Shown in pieces: positions 1-9,754 of a stretch of DNA of 55,710 nucleotides. The position numbers were made by a program, and so were the translations under genes. The stretch is from a virus. Its lineage: Duplodnaviria; Caudoviricetes. Each line of letters begins with the position of its first letter. Position 1 is the first letter of the stretch. The stretch lies in IMG/VR virus record IMGVR_UViG_3300036987_000045, positions 1 through 55,710 of that record; one strand, given 5' to 3'. The notes beneath the pieces were generated by a model. That model had not been told where the DNA came from and searched no databases. It saw only the letters and a list, made by a program, of their open reading frames with translations.

Positions 1-127
1 GCGATTAATGGTAATATATGCTGTCATGCATAGCGTCCATGTGGCATGGGCAAGTCTTAATAATTCCTAGCTCGTAGGTAGACATACACACCCCCGAGGC
101 AGGGTATGGACGCATCTTGTGCGGCGG
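1..127. repeat. Terminal direct repeat (identical to 55584-55710); circular assembly overlap
   Basis: Bases 1-127 recur exactly at 55584-55710. A 127-nt overlap is typical of a k=127 assembler. Confidence 0.95.
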
Positions 128-371
128 AAAGCGGAGCGTACTCGAAGAGCTACATTCTACTCGAAGAGCTAGTTTCTCCTTGGTGGCGTACTTGGTACAT
201 AGGATAGGCCCCAGTATTGGGTGTCCCAGTTGTATCCATTGTCCATATGTCCCCCGCGTTTCTGTTGTACGCGAACAATTGGAGTTTGTGAAAATTATTA
301 TTTGTCATATATGCACTTTTATCCTTGACAAGCGTTTTCAAATATGCCTTACTGATACACATAGGAGATAT

Positions 372-914
372 GTGCTAGTGAGTTCCAACGAGAGCCAGGC
401 AATAACCAAGTACAGACAAACCTGTCGTCGGGGGTTGTCCCCGCGCCACAGGGAAGCGATGCGGCGGCTGGCCAGCGGGCAGTCCATCGCCCAGGTAGCC
501 GACCAGCTGGGCTACTCCAACAAGCACTTATCCACCATAGCTGCCTCGCCCCTGTTCAAACGGGAAATGGAGCGTATGCTCAACCGCATGGACCAGGCCG
601 CATACAATGCTCTCGCTGAACTCCGCCGCATCCAACCCAAAGCAGTTAAGACATACTCCGACCTCATGACCCAAGACGAGTTCCAAACCCTGCGCTTCAC
701 TGTGGCCAAGGACCTCCTGGACCGCACCGGCGTAGGTGTGGGCAAGATGATCCACACCCTAGAGCAGACCGAGTCCTACGAGCAGCGCTTGGCCAAGGTC
801 CGCCAGAAGATGACCGTTGAATCCACCCACTCCACTGACAGCCCAATAGAGATCATGGGTGGTCAGGAACTGTTGGAAGAATATGATAATGAGGTTGGGA
901 AGAAGCGTGGATAA
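372..914 (+). CDS. Probable terminase small subunit (HTH protein)
   Basis: HTH-like LSPRHREAMRRLASGQSIAQVADQLGYS and C-terminal AKDLLDRTG motif; lies upstream of terL. AGGAG at 363-367 supports a GTG start at 372 or 378 rather than 117. Confidence 0.65.
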   Translation: MLVSSNESQAITKYRQTCRRGLSPRHREAMRRLASGQSIAQVADQLGYSNKHLSTIAASPLFKREMERMLNRMDQAAYNALAELRRIQPKAVKTYSDLMTQDEFQTLRFTVAKDLLDRTGVGVGKMIHTLEQTESYEQRLAKVRQKMTVESTHSTDSPIEIMGGQELLEEYDNEVGKKRG

Positions 915-1539
915 GCAGAAGCGGAGAGCCAAACTGAAGGATGCTGGCATCTGCATAAAGTGTAGAGAGAAGCCTTCTGTCACCACTACGTTCTGTGCTA
1001 CCTGCGCTGAGGAGAACAATAAGTACCAAAAGAAGCTTAGGTTAAGTAGGCTGTCGCGTGGTCTATGTGCTTCTTGTAATTCTCCATCATTACCCGGCAG
1101 ATCTCTATGTGATAAGCATACAACGAAGCATAGAGAGCGCAGGAGAAATAGAGTAGCTAAAGGACTGTGTGGCAAGTGCGGAGCGCTAGCTGTTGGTGGG
1201 AAGATGTGCGAATCTTGTAGAGAGTTGTCGGCTATACAAGCGGATAAAATAAAACAAGAAGTAGTTAATGCATATGGTGGTATGTGCGCGTGTTGTGGAG
1301 AAGACAATCCCTTATTTCTGTCTATAGATCACATACATAATAATGGGGCAAAGCATAGGAGAAGTTTAGGCTCTGTTGGTAAGTCTGGTGGTTCTATTTT
1401 TTACTATTGGTTAAAGAGGCACGGATTTCCTCAAGATGACTATCAGCTTCTTTGTCACAACTGCAATCAAGGCAAGCGCTTAAATGGTGGCATTTGCCCC
1501 CATCAGCAGGAAACTGGAGGCATTCGTGCCTGCTCTTGA
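908..1539 (+). CDS. HNH endonuclease with N-terminal CxxC zinc-binding repeats
   Basis: Repeated G(I/L)CxxC units, then CACCGE..LSIDHIHNNG..LLCHNCN. More AT-rich than its flanks. Start uncertain (ORF track gives 859). Confidence 0.85.
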
Positions 1540-3283
1540 TATGGAACGCGCCGCCAAGGAATTTGAGTATTACTGCTCATATTTCCTCAAGATCCGTTCC
1601 AAGTCCCGGGAGACGATCCCCTTCCGCCTCTGGTACCCATCCCAAGCCCTGATCTGGCGCAGCATCAAACGGGACCTCGACGCCCAACGTCCGATCCGCA
1701 AGATAATCCTCAAGCCCCGCCAAGCAGGCGCATCCACACTTTCCGAGGCATTCCTCTTCTGGCAGGTACATACTGAGCCGGGGACCCATGCCCTTGTCCT
1801 GTCCATGGACCGGGACTCAGCAAGCTACATCTTTGAGATGGCCCGTAACTTTTACGAGTGCCTCCCTGTTGAGCACCGCCCCATGAAGCGGTATTCGAGC
1901 AAGCGTGAACTGGTATTTGAGAACCCCAACGAGAAAACCCGCTCCGCCAACCCCGGCCTCAAGTCCCGCATTGAGGTCCAGACCGCTGGCAAGTACATCC
2001 CACCCCGCGGCGCAAACTTCAACCTGGTTCACTTCTCCGAGGTCGGTTTTTGGAACAATGCTGAGGACATCGTCCCAGCTATCATTCCCATGGTCCCCTA
2101 CCTCCCCCGCACTGCGATCATCTATGAGTCCACTGCCAACGGGGTAGACAACTTTTTCCACGACGAGTGGGAGGCAGCCGAAGCGGGCGACTCTGCCTTT
2201 GACCCAATCTTCTTCCCTTGGTTCATTATGCAGGAATATGCCATCCCCTTCATCGACGCCAAGGAGAAACGGGCCTTCTCCGCTAGCCTGGATGACGACG
2301 AAAAGGAAGTCCGCAAAGAGTTTAAGCTGTCCCTGGAGCAGCTCAAGTGGCGGCGCTTTAAGATCACCGAGCTGAACGGAGACGTTGACAAGTTCCGCCA
2401 GGAGTACCCCTCCAGCGCTGCTGAAGCCTTCATTCTATCCGGCGACCCCATCTTTGATCGCAACGTGCTCAAGCGTGTCGTCACCCGCGACCCAATCTGG
2501 ACCGGCGACATTGACATGCACGACGAGAACCTGCGCAAGACCCCCGAGGGCCTGCTCCAGATCTGGGAACACCCCCACGAGAAGGGCGACTACGTCATCG
2601 GCGTAGACGTGTCCTCCGGTACCGCTGCTGACTACTCCTGCATGTGCGTCCTCAAACGTACCTGGCCCAACGGCTTAGCTGAACAGGTGGCCGAGTGGCA
2701 CGGCAAAGTGGACCCAGTCATGCTAGGCAAGCTAGCCGTCATCCTAGCCCGCTACTACAACAACGCGATGCTCACCATTGAGATAAACAACCACGGTCTG
2801 ACGACCCAAGCCGAAGCCAACCGCCACTACTGGAACTTCTACCGCTGGCAATACTTCGACCGCATTGGCCGAGGCTACACCCAGAAATTAGGTTGGGACA
2901 CCAACGTTAGCACAAAACCCATCCTGGTCGACCGCTGCCGGGCCTGTATGCGTGACGGACTGGTAGGCATATCGTCCCAGGGCCTGCTCCAAGAACTGTG
3001 GACCTATGTAAAGATTCCTGGTACAATGAGCTTCGAGTCCGAGGGCGGACACGACGACCGGGTAATGGCCTTCCTGATTGCCCTGACCACGCTCTATATT
3101 GAGGACCCCAACGCGATGTACGACATCGGTCACGCTATCCCCATCGCTGAGGGCGTAGGTGTTCACCAGAGCATGATCAAGTCCCCGGCCCTGGGCGCAG
3201 ACGTAATGGTCGCCCCTATTTGGGACATACGCGATCCGAGAGGCGGCGGACAGAAGCTAGACTTGAATTGGAGGAACCTGTGA
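1526..3283 (+). CDS. terL: Terminase large subunit
   Basis: LKPRQAGAST (Walker A region), LVHFSE (Walker B), ESTANG, nuclease motifs YVIGVDVS and HDDRVMA. GGAGG at 1516-1520 precedes an in-frame GTG at 1526. Confidence 0.95.
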   Translation: MPALDMERAAKEFEYYCSYFLKIRSKSRETIPFRLWYPSQALIWRSIKRDLDAQRPIRKIILKPRQAGASTLSEAFLFWQVHTEPGTHALVLSMDRDSASYIFEMARNFYECLPVEHRPMKRYSSKRELVFENPNEKTRSANPGLKSRIEVQTAGKYIPPRGANFNLVHFSEVGFWNNAEDIVPAIIPMVPYLPRTAIIYESTANGVDNFFHDEWEAAEAGDSAFDPIFFPWFIMQEYAIPFIDAKEKRAFSASLDDDEKEVRKEFKLSLEQLKWRRFKITELNGDVDKFRQEYPSSAAEAFILSGDPIFDRNVLKRVVTRDPIWTGDIDMHDENLRKTPEGLLQIWEHPHEKGDYVIGVDVSSGTAADYSCMCVLKRTWPNGLAEQVAEWHGKVDPVMLGKLAVILARYYNNAMLTIEINNHGLTTQAEANRHYWNFYRWQYFDRIGRGYTQKLGWDTNVSTKPILVDRCRACMRDGLVGISSQGLLQELWTYVKIPGTMSFESEGGHDDRVMAFLIALTTLYIEDPNAMYDIGHAIPIAEGVGVHQSMIKSPALGADVMVAPIWDIRDPRGGGQKLDLNWRNL

Positions 3284-3447
3284 TGACAGATAGATTCGCT
3301 CAAATTATGGACCGCCAGCTCACCACCGACAGGGAAGGTGAGGCTGAGCGCCAAGCGTGCCCCCGTGAGACGAAGGGCCGCAAGACCAAAGGTGAAGGCA
3401 AGGGTCGCAAGACCCGTAGACGCATGAAAGTTCGGGGTGGCCGATGA
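3283..3447 (+). CDS. Small protein with a very basic C-terminus
   Basis: TGATG coupling to terL with a GGAGG RBS; ends KGRKTKGEGKGRKTRRRMKVRGGR. Confidence 0.55.
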   Translation: MTDRFAQIMDRQLTTDREGEAERQACPRETKGRKTKGEGKGRKTRRRMKVRGGR

Positions 3448-4058
3448 GCGCAAACAAGGTCCGCGCCAAGCGTAAGGAAATGGACGCGCCCGACGTCAAC
3501 CCTGAATTTGAGGCCCTGGAGACCGCGGCCAACCTGCTGATTGACTCCTTTCCCAATGAGTCCACCCGAGCTATTCTCCGTGAGACGGCCCGTTCCCAGT
3601 TCATCCCCCTGTGGATGCTGATAACCGGCATCGTCCAACGCTCCTACGACAATGGGGAACATACCGCACCCATCATTGATCCCATGTGGCTAGCCGCCAA
3701 CCCGATCAAGTTGGGTGAATTCGGTAAAGTGATATGCCAGACCTGCGGTAACGACTTTACGCCGCGGTGGCCAGGGGAGAAATACTGTGGTTCTTACTGT
3801 GGAATTGCTGGGTATCGGAGTCGGATTACTGCTGATCGAGCGACTCATAACCCACCTCCTACGACTTACAAAGTGGGTGAGGAGCCGCCGGGCGTCAGCC
3901 GTAGTACCATCTATCAAGACGAGTCCGACGGAAGAAGCGATGCGTCTGATGACCTGGGAGCGCAAGTTGGTGAGCTGGGAAGCCTCCCTGAACGAGAGGA
4001 CCCAATCGCCGTCATCGAACGTGAAGCGCGCCTCGGTATTGCAGAAAAGCTGGCTTAG
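3444..4058 (+). CDS. Hypothetical protein with a zinc-finger-like motif
   Basis: ATGA overlap with the upstream gene; CQTCG...YCGSYC motif. Confidence 0.7.
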   Translation: MSANKVRAKRKEMDAPDVNPEFEALETAANLLIDSFPNESTRAILRETARSQFIPLWMLITGIVQRSYDNGEHTAPIIDPMWLAANPIKLGEFGKVICQTCGNDFTPRWPGEKYCGSYCGIAGYRSRITADRATHNPPPTTYKVGEEPPGVSRSTIYQDESDGRSDASDDLGAQVGELGSLPEREDPIAVIEREARLGIAEKLA

Positions 4059-4061
4059 CCT

Positions 4062-4411
4062 ATGAGTCGGAAGAAGATAGGAGAAGCAGCGGTCTTAGCA
4101 AAGAAACGCCGAGCCGCTATGCATTTGTCGTCGGATAAGGCTCGTTACGAGCGATTGAAGGCAGCTGGTTTGTGCCCTGTTGTGGTGAAACAGAATTAGC
4201 TTTTCTTTCCATTGACCACATAAACGGCGGAGGGCGACAACATTTTAAGGAGATAGGCCACAGTAAGATAGAACTTTGGTTAAGAGACAATAACTATCCG
4301 CCTGGATTTAGGGTGCTGTGTCATAATTGTAATCACGGTCGTCATGTCAATGGTGGTATCTGTCCTCATCAAGAAAAGGTAAATAGGTTATGGCTGGTAA
4401 AGACCCATTAG
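4062..4411 (+). pseudogene. Second HNH endonuclease, split by a frameshift near 4175
   Basis: ATG 4062 reads ...RYERLKAAGLCP and stops soon after. The -1 frame continues CCGETELAFLSIDHINGGG...VLCHNCN...NGGICPHQ, paralogous to 908-1539. Confidence 0.7.
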
Positions 4412-6141
4412 TAGAAAAGCTCAATAAGATGTTTGATGAGAGCAAGGCCGTAAAAGAGGTGGTCGCTAAAGAGCGTCAATGGGATAGCGCCAACGATCTT
4501 ATTAGAGGCCAGCAGTTACCACCAGATCATCCTAGGTATAAGCCAGAAGCAGTACTGAATTTATTGCGCCCTATTATTAATAGAAAAACTAGTATGTTAA
4601 CGGACACCAAGCCCCGCTTCTCGGTCAACCCCACTCGTCGGGGCACCAAGTTTGCCAAAGCCGCGGGCCTCCTAGACGAAGTTGCCAACGCTTGGTGGGA
4701 CGACCAGGGCATCGACATGTCCATCATGCGTGCCTTAGTCTACGCCCAAGCCTTCGGGATATGCATCACCCAAACCCGATGGTCCCCCTCAGACCAGGAA
4801 GTAAAGTTCGACGTCATCGACCCGCGTAACTTCTACGTCGATCCCTACATCCTGACTCCCGATCAGCTCCCCGATGCCGAATACGTCATCCTTGAGGAGA
4901 CCCCACCCCTGGCCCAGGTCAAGCTGCGCTTCGGGGACGCCGCCAAGGACCTGTCGCCTTGGGCACCTCCTAGCAAACCGGGGGAAGGGGGCGGCTTGGT
5001 TCGACAGGCCCTACGCAAGCTCAGCGGCCCCTTTGCTGGCAAGAACACCGGCACCGCGATTCAGCGGGCACTCCTGCGCCACTACTGGATCAAGGACTAC
5101 TCCTACGAGGACATTGAAGTCACCAAGGAAGACAAGACCGTAACCGTCCGCAAACAGAAGTATCCCGGCGGGCGCTACATTGTCTACGGTCACGACGATG
5201 TCATCCTGCACGACAAACCCAATCCGTACTTCGATCTGACACACCCCTTCGACATGATGGATTGGTACATGGACCTGGACAGCCCCTGGGGCGACAGCGA
5301 AGTCTGCACCCACCGCTCCCCCCAGCTCCTCCTGAATAAGCTGGCCGAGCTGATCGCCGAGAACGCTATGCTCATGAACAATGCCATCTGGATCTGTGAC
5401 AACTCTGCCTTCCCGGCTAGCGAGGGACCCGACGGCTGGGGCCAGCTGACCAACGCCGCTGGTGCCGTAATTCGCAAGCGCCAGGGCACCGAAGTGAAGC
5501 GGGAGTACCCAGGGGGTGTTCCCGGCTCAACGATGCAGATGCTTAACTTTCTCCAACAATTTATCGAGCACACGGGCGGCACCCCCGACATCATGTCCAA
5601 AGGCAAAGCAGGCAACGTCCAATCCGGGTTGGGTATCGAGGCACTCCAGATGAACGCCGCTGCTCCCATCCGCCTGTCGGCCCGCGTCCTCGAGTCCCTG
5701 ATCCAGCGGGTCGGCCAGAAGTACATCTCCCGTGTAATCCAGTTCTACCCCGATGAACGGGTGTTCCACATTGCCGGACCCGACGGCAGTTTCAAGGAAT
5801 ACACCTGGATACGCAAACAGTTCCGGGAGGCATTGGACCTACCCTCCCTCCGCGACGCGCACAAGGACTTCCGCTTCCGGGTCGCCCCTGGATCATCGCT
5901 CTCTCTGACCAAGATTCAACGGGGACTAATGGCCGTGCAACTCTACCAGCTCGGCTGCGTAGATCGACAGAGCGTACTCGAGGCGGTCGAGTGGCCGGAT
6001 TGGGAAGACACGCTTAGACGTACGATTCAAGAGCAGATGGCGGGTCTCGAACCCGGCGGGCCAGCGGCGATGAAGGGGAAAGGTAAGACTGGTAAGAAAG
6101 GACCTATGCAGCGCCAGGCGAAGATTGCCGGGAGGATGTAG
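4390..6141 (+). CDS. Portal protein (P22/podovirus-like)
   Basis: 583 aa following terL; N-terminal NLLRPIIN, IDPRNFYVDP and a C-terminal helical region typical of P22-like portals. Confidence 0.85.
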   Translation: MAGKDPLVEKLNKMFDESKAVKEVVAKERQWDSANDLIRGQQLPPDHPRYKPEAVLNLLRPIINRKTSMLTDTKPRFSVNPTRRGTKFAKAAGLLDEVANAWWDDQGIDMSIMRALVYAQAFGICITQTRWSPSDQEVKFDVIDPRNFYVDPYILTPDQLPDAEYVILEETPPLAQVKLRFGDAAKDLSPWAPPSKPGEGGGLVRQALRKLSGPFAGKNTGTAIQRALLRHYWIKDYSYEDIEVTKEDKTVTVRKQKYPGGRYIVYGHDDVILHDKPNPYFDLTHPFDMMDWYMDLDSPWGDSEVCTHRSPQLLLNKLAELIAENAMLMNNAIWICDNSAFPASEGPDGWGQLTNAAGAVIRKRQGTEVKREYPGGVPGSTMQMLNFLQQFIEHTGGTPDIMSKGKAGNVQSGLGIEALQMNAAAPIRLSARVLESLIQRVGQKYISRVIQFYPDERVFHIAGPDGSFKEYTWIRKQFREALDLPSLRDAHKDFRFRVAPGSSLSLTKIQRGLMAVQLYQLGCVDRQSVLEAVEWPDWEDTLRRTIQEQMAGLEPGGPAAMKGKGKTGKKGPMQRQAKIAGRM

Positions 6142-6213
6142 TGGTGTTTGATCCAGAGAAGATTAAGATAAGAAACACGATAGACTTATTAAGGGATAAG
6201 GAAGAATTGCTAT

Positions 6214-6459
6214 ATGTATAAAGTTATAATTGCTGGCTACATAGCTGTTGGAATTGTTATGTGTATTCTGTGTATTCGTTGTATGCTTCATTTTAGATCG
6301 TCTGGGTGTAAGGTATTGTGGCGTAATTGTGTTGCCTATTGGCTAGCCCTTTTGTTGTTCTGGCCTATTGTTATGATCGTATCGCGTTTATATATGCGCA
6401 GGCATCCTAGTCCTTATATAGAGCAGTCTGTCGATAAGTGGTTGAAAGAAAAAGCATAG
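6214..6459 (+). CDS. Small two-TM membrane protein (moron-like)
   Basis: Two hydrophobic segments; AT-rich relative to neighbours. Confidence 0.55.
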   Translation: MYKVIIAGYIAVGIVMCILCIRCMLHFRSSGCKVLWRNCVAYWLALLLFWPIVMIVSRLYMRRHPSPYIEQSVDKWLKEKA

Positions 6460-6692
6460 TATGTAATTGATATTTGTAAGGTTTGAGTATACCTTTTAAG
6501 GTCCCTACTCGAAAACGCAGGCAGCGTCAGCGCCGGGCCTCTGACTAGGAGCGATACAAGATGGCAGCTGTTAAGCGCCCATACACACCTAACGCTCTTA
6601 CTCCAGAGGTGGCAGCGACTGCGCCGCGAAGAGACGCCCATTAGCATCTGTTGGGTGGCTCCTTCCTGCGTATCTTGACAGGAGGTGGCAAC

Positions 6693-6773
6693 ATGGCCAG
6701 ACGTAAACGTGGTCGGCGCGGTAAGCGCAAGGGTCGGAAGGGCCGCGGCAAGAAACGCGGCATGATCGTGTAG
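6693..6773 (+). CDS. 26-aa protamine-like Arg/Lys/Gly peptide
   Basis: MARRKRGRRGKRKGRKGRGKKRGMIV with a strong AGGAGGT RBS at 6680-6686; too short for the ORF track. Confidence 0.75.
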   Translation: MARRKRGRRGKRKGRKGRGKKRGMIV

Positions 6774-6790
6774 CCTAGCTACACACATCC

Positions 6791-6830
6791 AAGGGCGAGG
6801 GTAGTGGGTTCGCTCGCTACCCTCATTCCC
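6791..6830 (+). other. Stem-loop after the basic peptide gene
   Basis: GAGGGTAG...CTACCCTC inverted repeat without a U-tract; possible processing or stabilising hairpin. Confidence 0.45.
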
Positions 6831-6846
6831 AAGCAGGAGAACGACG

Positions 6847-7260
6847 ATGCCAGACGCAGGCGTAATTCAACAACTGATGCAATTAACTGGAGGCGGGGCA
6901 GGTGGCCCAGCTGAAGCCGGTCCCGGTGCAGCCGGTGCTCCTCCCGGCGGTGCCCCTGGTATGCCCCCTGGTGGCGCTCCTCCTGGTGCTCCAGGTGCCG
7001 CTCCAGGTGGCCCCGGCGCAGGTGGTCCGCCCCCCGACCCCCGTGAACTTATAATGGGCGGCTTGACAGCCCTTCAGCTTGGCATGTCCCAAATGGGCGG
7101 TGACGAGACCATGGCCAAAGTGCGCCAGCTGGTCCAGAAGTTTGCCGAGCGCATCATGAAGTCCAGTCCGCAGGGCAGGCAGGGTGCTGCAATGGGTGGT
7201 GCTGTACCGGGAGCCACTCCTCCGGGCGTCGGTCCCATGCCTGGCGGACCACAAGTATAG
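6847..7260 (+). CDS. Gly/Pro/Ala-rich head-module protein
   Basis: AGGAG RBS; low-complexity PPGGAPG repeats; sits between portal and scaffold. Confidence 0.75.
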   Translation: MPDAGVIQQLMQLTGGGAGGPAEAGPGAAGAPPGGAPGMPPGGAPPGAPGAAPGGPGAGGPPPDPRELIMGGLTALQLGMSQMGGDETMAKVRQLVQKFAERIMKSSPQGRQGAAMGGAVPGATPPGVGPMPGGPQV

Positions 7261-7375
7261 TCCTAAATGATGACGCGTAACACCAACACTCCGCTGACGC
7301 CGCGGCACCGGGGGACCCCATTAGGGATTTGCCTACCGATGAGCCTACGCACGACAGGGAGTGAGGAGAAGTGAT

Positions 7376-8137
7376 ATGGCAGCTAAACAACCCCAAGACG
7401 ATGACATCGACTTTGGGATAGACGTAGGCTCTCTAGGCGAGGCCGAACGTCCCATCTATGACAAGCTCAACCAGCAACTGCGTGCTGCTTGGCTTAAGAA
7501 GACCTCCGAGTTGGCTGAGGTAAAGAAGGGCTTTACCTCGGAGCAAGCCAAGATCAAAGCCGAACTCGATGAAGCCCAGCAAACATTGACTGCGTGGAAC
7601 GACTGGTATCAGCGTGAAGGCCAATACTTGACTCCACGGCAGCAAGCGCAGGCTATGGCGGAGGAAGGACTGGAGAACCCCAACGCACTCTTGCAGGAGA
7701 TCGCAACCCTGCGCCAAGAGTTCTCTCAAGCGGCGGACCGATATAACCAGGTAATCGCCAAGCTCCAACAGGACAATGCTTCGATGCAGCAAGCCTTTGG
7801 TCTCCACAACCAACTGGTTAATCTCCAGATCAAGCATCCCGATATGGACACCAATCGGTTGCTGGAAACGGCAAAGGAACGCGGCATCAAGGATCTAGAC
7901 CTAGCCTATCAGCTGGCCTATGGCGACGAGATTCGCAATAAGTCGGTTGAGGAAGAAGTCACCAAACGTGTGACCGAAGAGCGGGAGAAGTTCCAAGCTG
8001 AGCGGGATGTGGTAGACACTAAGCCCTCCTCGACTCGTTACAGCCCCCCGCCCGAGGCTGCATCTTATACACAAGCTGGTGACAACCTGTTGGCAAGCAT
8101 CCGCAAAGCAGGAACAGGTGGGCCAATAACCGATTAG
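7376..8137 (+). CDS. Capsid scaffolding protein
   Basis: Acidic coiled-coil protein directly upstream of the MCP; GAGGAG RBS supports ATG 7376. Confidence 0.75.
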   Translation: MAAKQPQDDDIDFGIDVGSLGEAERPIYDKLNQQLRAAWLKKTSELAEVKKGFTSEQAKIKAELDEAQQTLTAWNDWYQREGQYLTPRQQAQAMAEEGLENPNALLQEIATLRQEFSQAADRYNQVIAKLQQDNASMQQAFGLHNQLVNLQIKHPDMDTNRLLETAKERGIKDLDLAYQLAYGDEIRNKSVEEEVTKRVTEEREKFQAERDVVDTKPSSTRYSPPPEAASYTQAGDNLLASIRKAGTGGPITD

Positions 8138-8181
8138 CCTAGTCGAGCCTCACGCACACTAACTAAACGTGAGGACAAGAT

Positions 8182-9141
8182 ATGGACGCAAGAGAACTTA
8201 CAGCCCATATTCGTCAGCACTATATTCCGGTCCTAGTCGACCAGGTATTTATCTCCAACCCGCTCTTCACTCGTCTGCGGGCCAAAGATCAAATCATCAT
8301 CGACTCGGGTCGAGAGATTGTGCTGCCGTTTATCTTTGATAAACTCACGTCGGGTGCGTACGAGTTCGCCGATACATTCGACGTATCGTACAAGAAGACC
8401 GACGATTACATGACCTTCCAGTGGCGTGGTGCCTGGGTCAATGTCACTATTGACAACTGGTCCCTAGCCATTGGTAATGGGGTTGAGGGCGTGATCCCTC
8501 TCCTCGAGGCCAAGATGTACAATGCTGAGTCTACCCTGGTTGATATGCTGGGGTTCTGGACCATGGACCCGGCCTACTCTTCTACCAAGACTTGGGATGG
8601 TCTGTGGAACGGAGTTGACGACGGCAATACGTACACCACTTACGGCGCTATCACTCGTACCGCGGGCTTTACCTATGGTACTACCGGGTATGCCGCCCTG
8701 AACAGCTACGTAGATTCCACGGGTGGTCTGATCACCCTGGACCGCCTGCGCTATGCCATGGGCAAAGCAACCGTCGGCACCAAGAAGCCTGACTTGATTC
8801 TCTGTCGCCAAAACGTCTACGACCAGCTATGGTCTCGTGTCCAACCCCAGCAACGGTTCCTGGGCGACCGCCACAACGATCTGGTCAATGTAGGCTTTGA
8901 GGGTATCACCTTCGACGGTGCGGCCATCATGATCGACAACCACCTTCCTGAAGGTACGATCTATGGCCTCAACACCAACTACATCAAGATGTTCATTAAC
9001 AAGGACCGTAACTTCCACTTCTCTGATTGGCAGCGCCCGATCAACTCCGATCAGCGGGTGGCACAAATCCTGGTCATCGGTAACATGATGGTTCAAGCTC
9101 CTCGCCTGAACTTTAAGTTCACCGGCCTGACCGAATACTAG
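8182..9141 (+). CDS. Major capsid protein
   Basis: 319 aa after the scaffold; LVDQVFISNPLF, KPDLILC, GTIYGLNTNY and final N..QAPR pattern typical of HK97-fold podovirus MCPs. Confidence 0.9.
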   Translation: MDARELTAHIRQHYIPVLVDQVFISNPLFTRLRAKDQIIIDSGREIVLPFIFDKLTSGAYEFADTFDVSYKKTDDYMTFQWRGAWVNVTIDNWSLAIGNGVEGVIPLLEAKMYNAESTLVDMLGFWTMDPAYSSTKTWDGLWNGVDDGNTYTTYGAITRTAGFTYGTTGYAALNSYVDSTGGLITLDRLRYAMGKATVGTKKPDLILCRQNVYDQLWSRVQPQQRFLGDRHNDLVNVGFEGITFDGAAIMIDNHLPEGTIYGLNTNYIKMFINKDRNFHFSDWQRPINSDQRVAQILVIGNMMVQAPRLNFKFTGLTEY

Positions 9142-9153
9142 GAGGTATAGGCA

Positions 9154-9723
9154 ATGGGTGGCGTAACTAAAACCGGCTATAGCTCGGTATACGGTGGTGG
9201 GGCTGGCTACATCAATATTGGTGGCTGGAACACTACTCTTACTGACGTGTCCCAGACGGCGAAGGAATGCATTGGGGTCAAGCGTGTGGAAGGGGCGAAC
9301 ACTTACATGTACGTCCAACTTGGCACCTCGACTGCCTACAAGAACATGTTCCTGTCAATCTCTACGGGTTATCCCGACACCAACAACCTGACTGCTCCCT
9401 TCGGCCTGACTGCGAATGGTGTGGTCAGCACTGGTACCATCTGTAAGGGTATGACCATCGCTGACTCTCCGGTCTCTGGTGTATGCTACGCCTGGGTCTT
9501 GATTGAAGGGTTTGCGACTGGCTATGCCATGACGGATAGTGCTCTGGCTTACGGAGCGTTTGTTGGTCCGTCTACCTCTACCGCCAACACCCTGGACGCT
9601 GGCGTAACTGCGCTAACTAGGGTTGGTCAGGTGCTTAACGTCAGCGTTGCAACTGCCACTGCCCAGGTTGGTGCAGCTGGTAACTTGGTGTATTACAAGT
9701 TCAAGAGCCTGACGAGTATCTAA
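9154..9723 (+). CDS. Probable capsid cement/decoration protein (Thr/Ser/Gly-rich)
   Basis: Immediately after the MCP with a GGAGG RBS; YMYVQ...YAWVLIEG beta-rich pattern. Confidence 0.65.
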   Translation: MGGVTKTGYSSVYGGGAGYINIGGWNTTLTDVSQTAKECIGVKRVEGANTYMYVQLGTSTAYKNMFLSISTGYPDTNNLTAPFGLTANGVVSTGTICKGMTIADSPVSGVCYAWVLIEGFATGYAMTDSALAYGAFVGPSTSTANTLDAGVTALTRVGQVLNVSVATATAQVGAAGNLVYYKFKSLTSI

Positions 9724-9754
9724 TCACATAACCTAACCCAAACAAGGAAGAGGA

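Noticed and set aside
117-371. N-terminal extension of the first ORF
   Set aside because: TTG start without an RBS across an AT-rich, promoter-like region; an RBS supports a start at 372 or 378.
908-1539. Group I intron carrying the HNH and splitting a terminase gene
   Set aside because: The HNH overlaps both neighbours, leaving no room for a ribozyme core, and terL looks intact.
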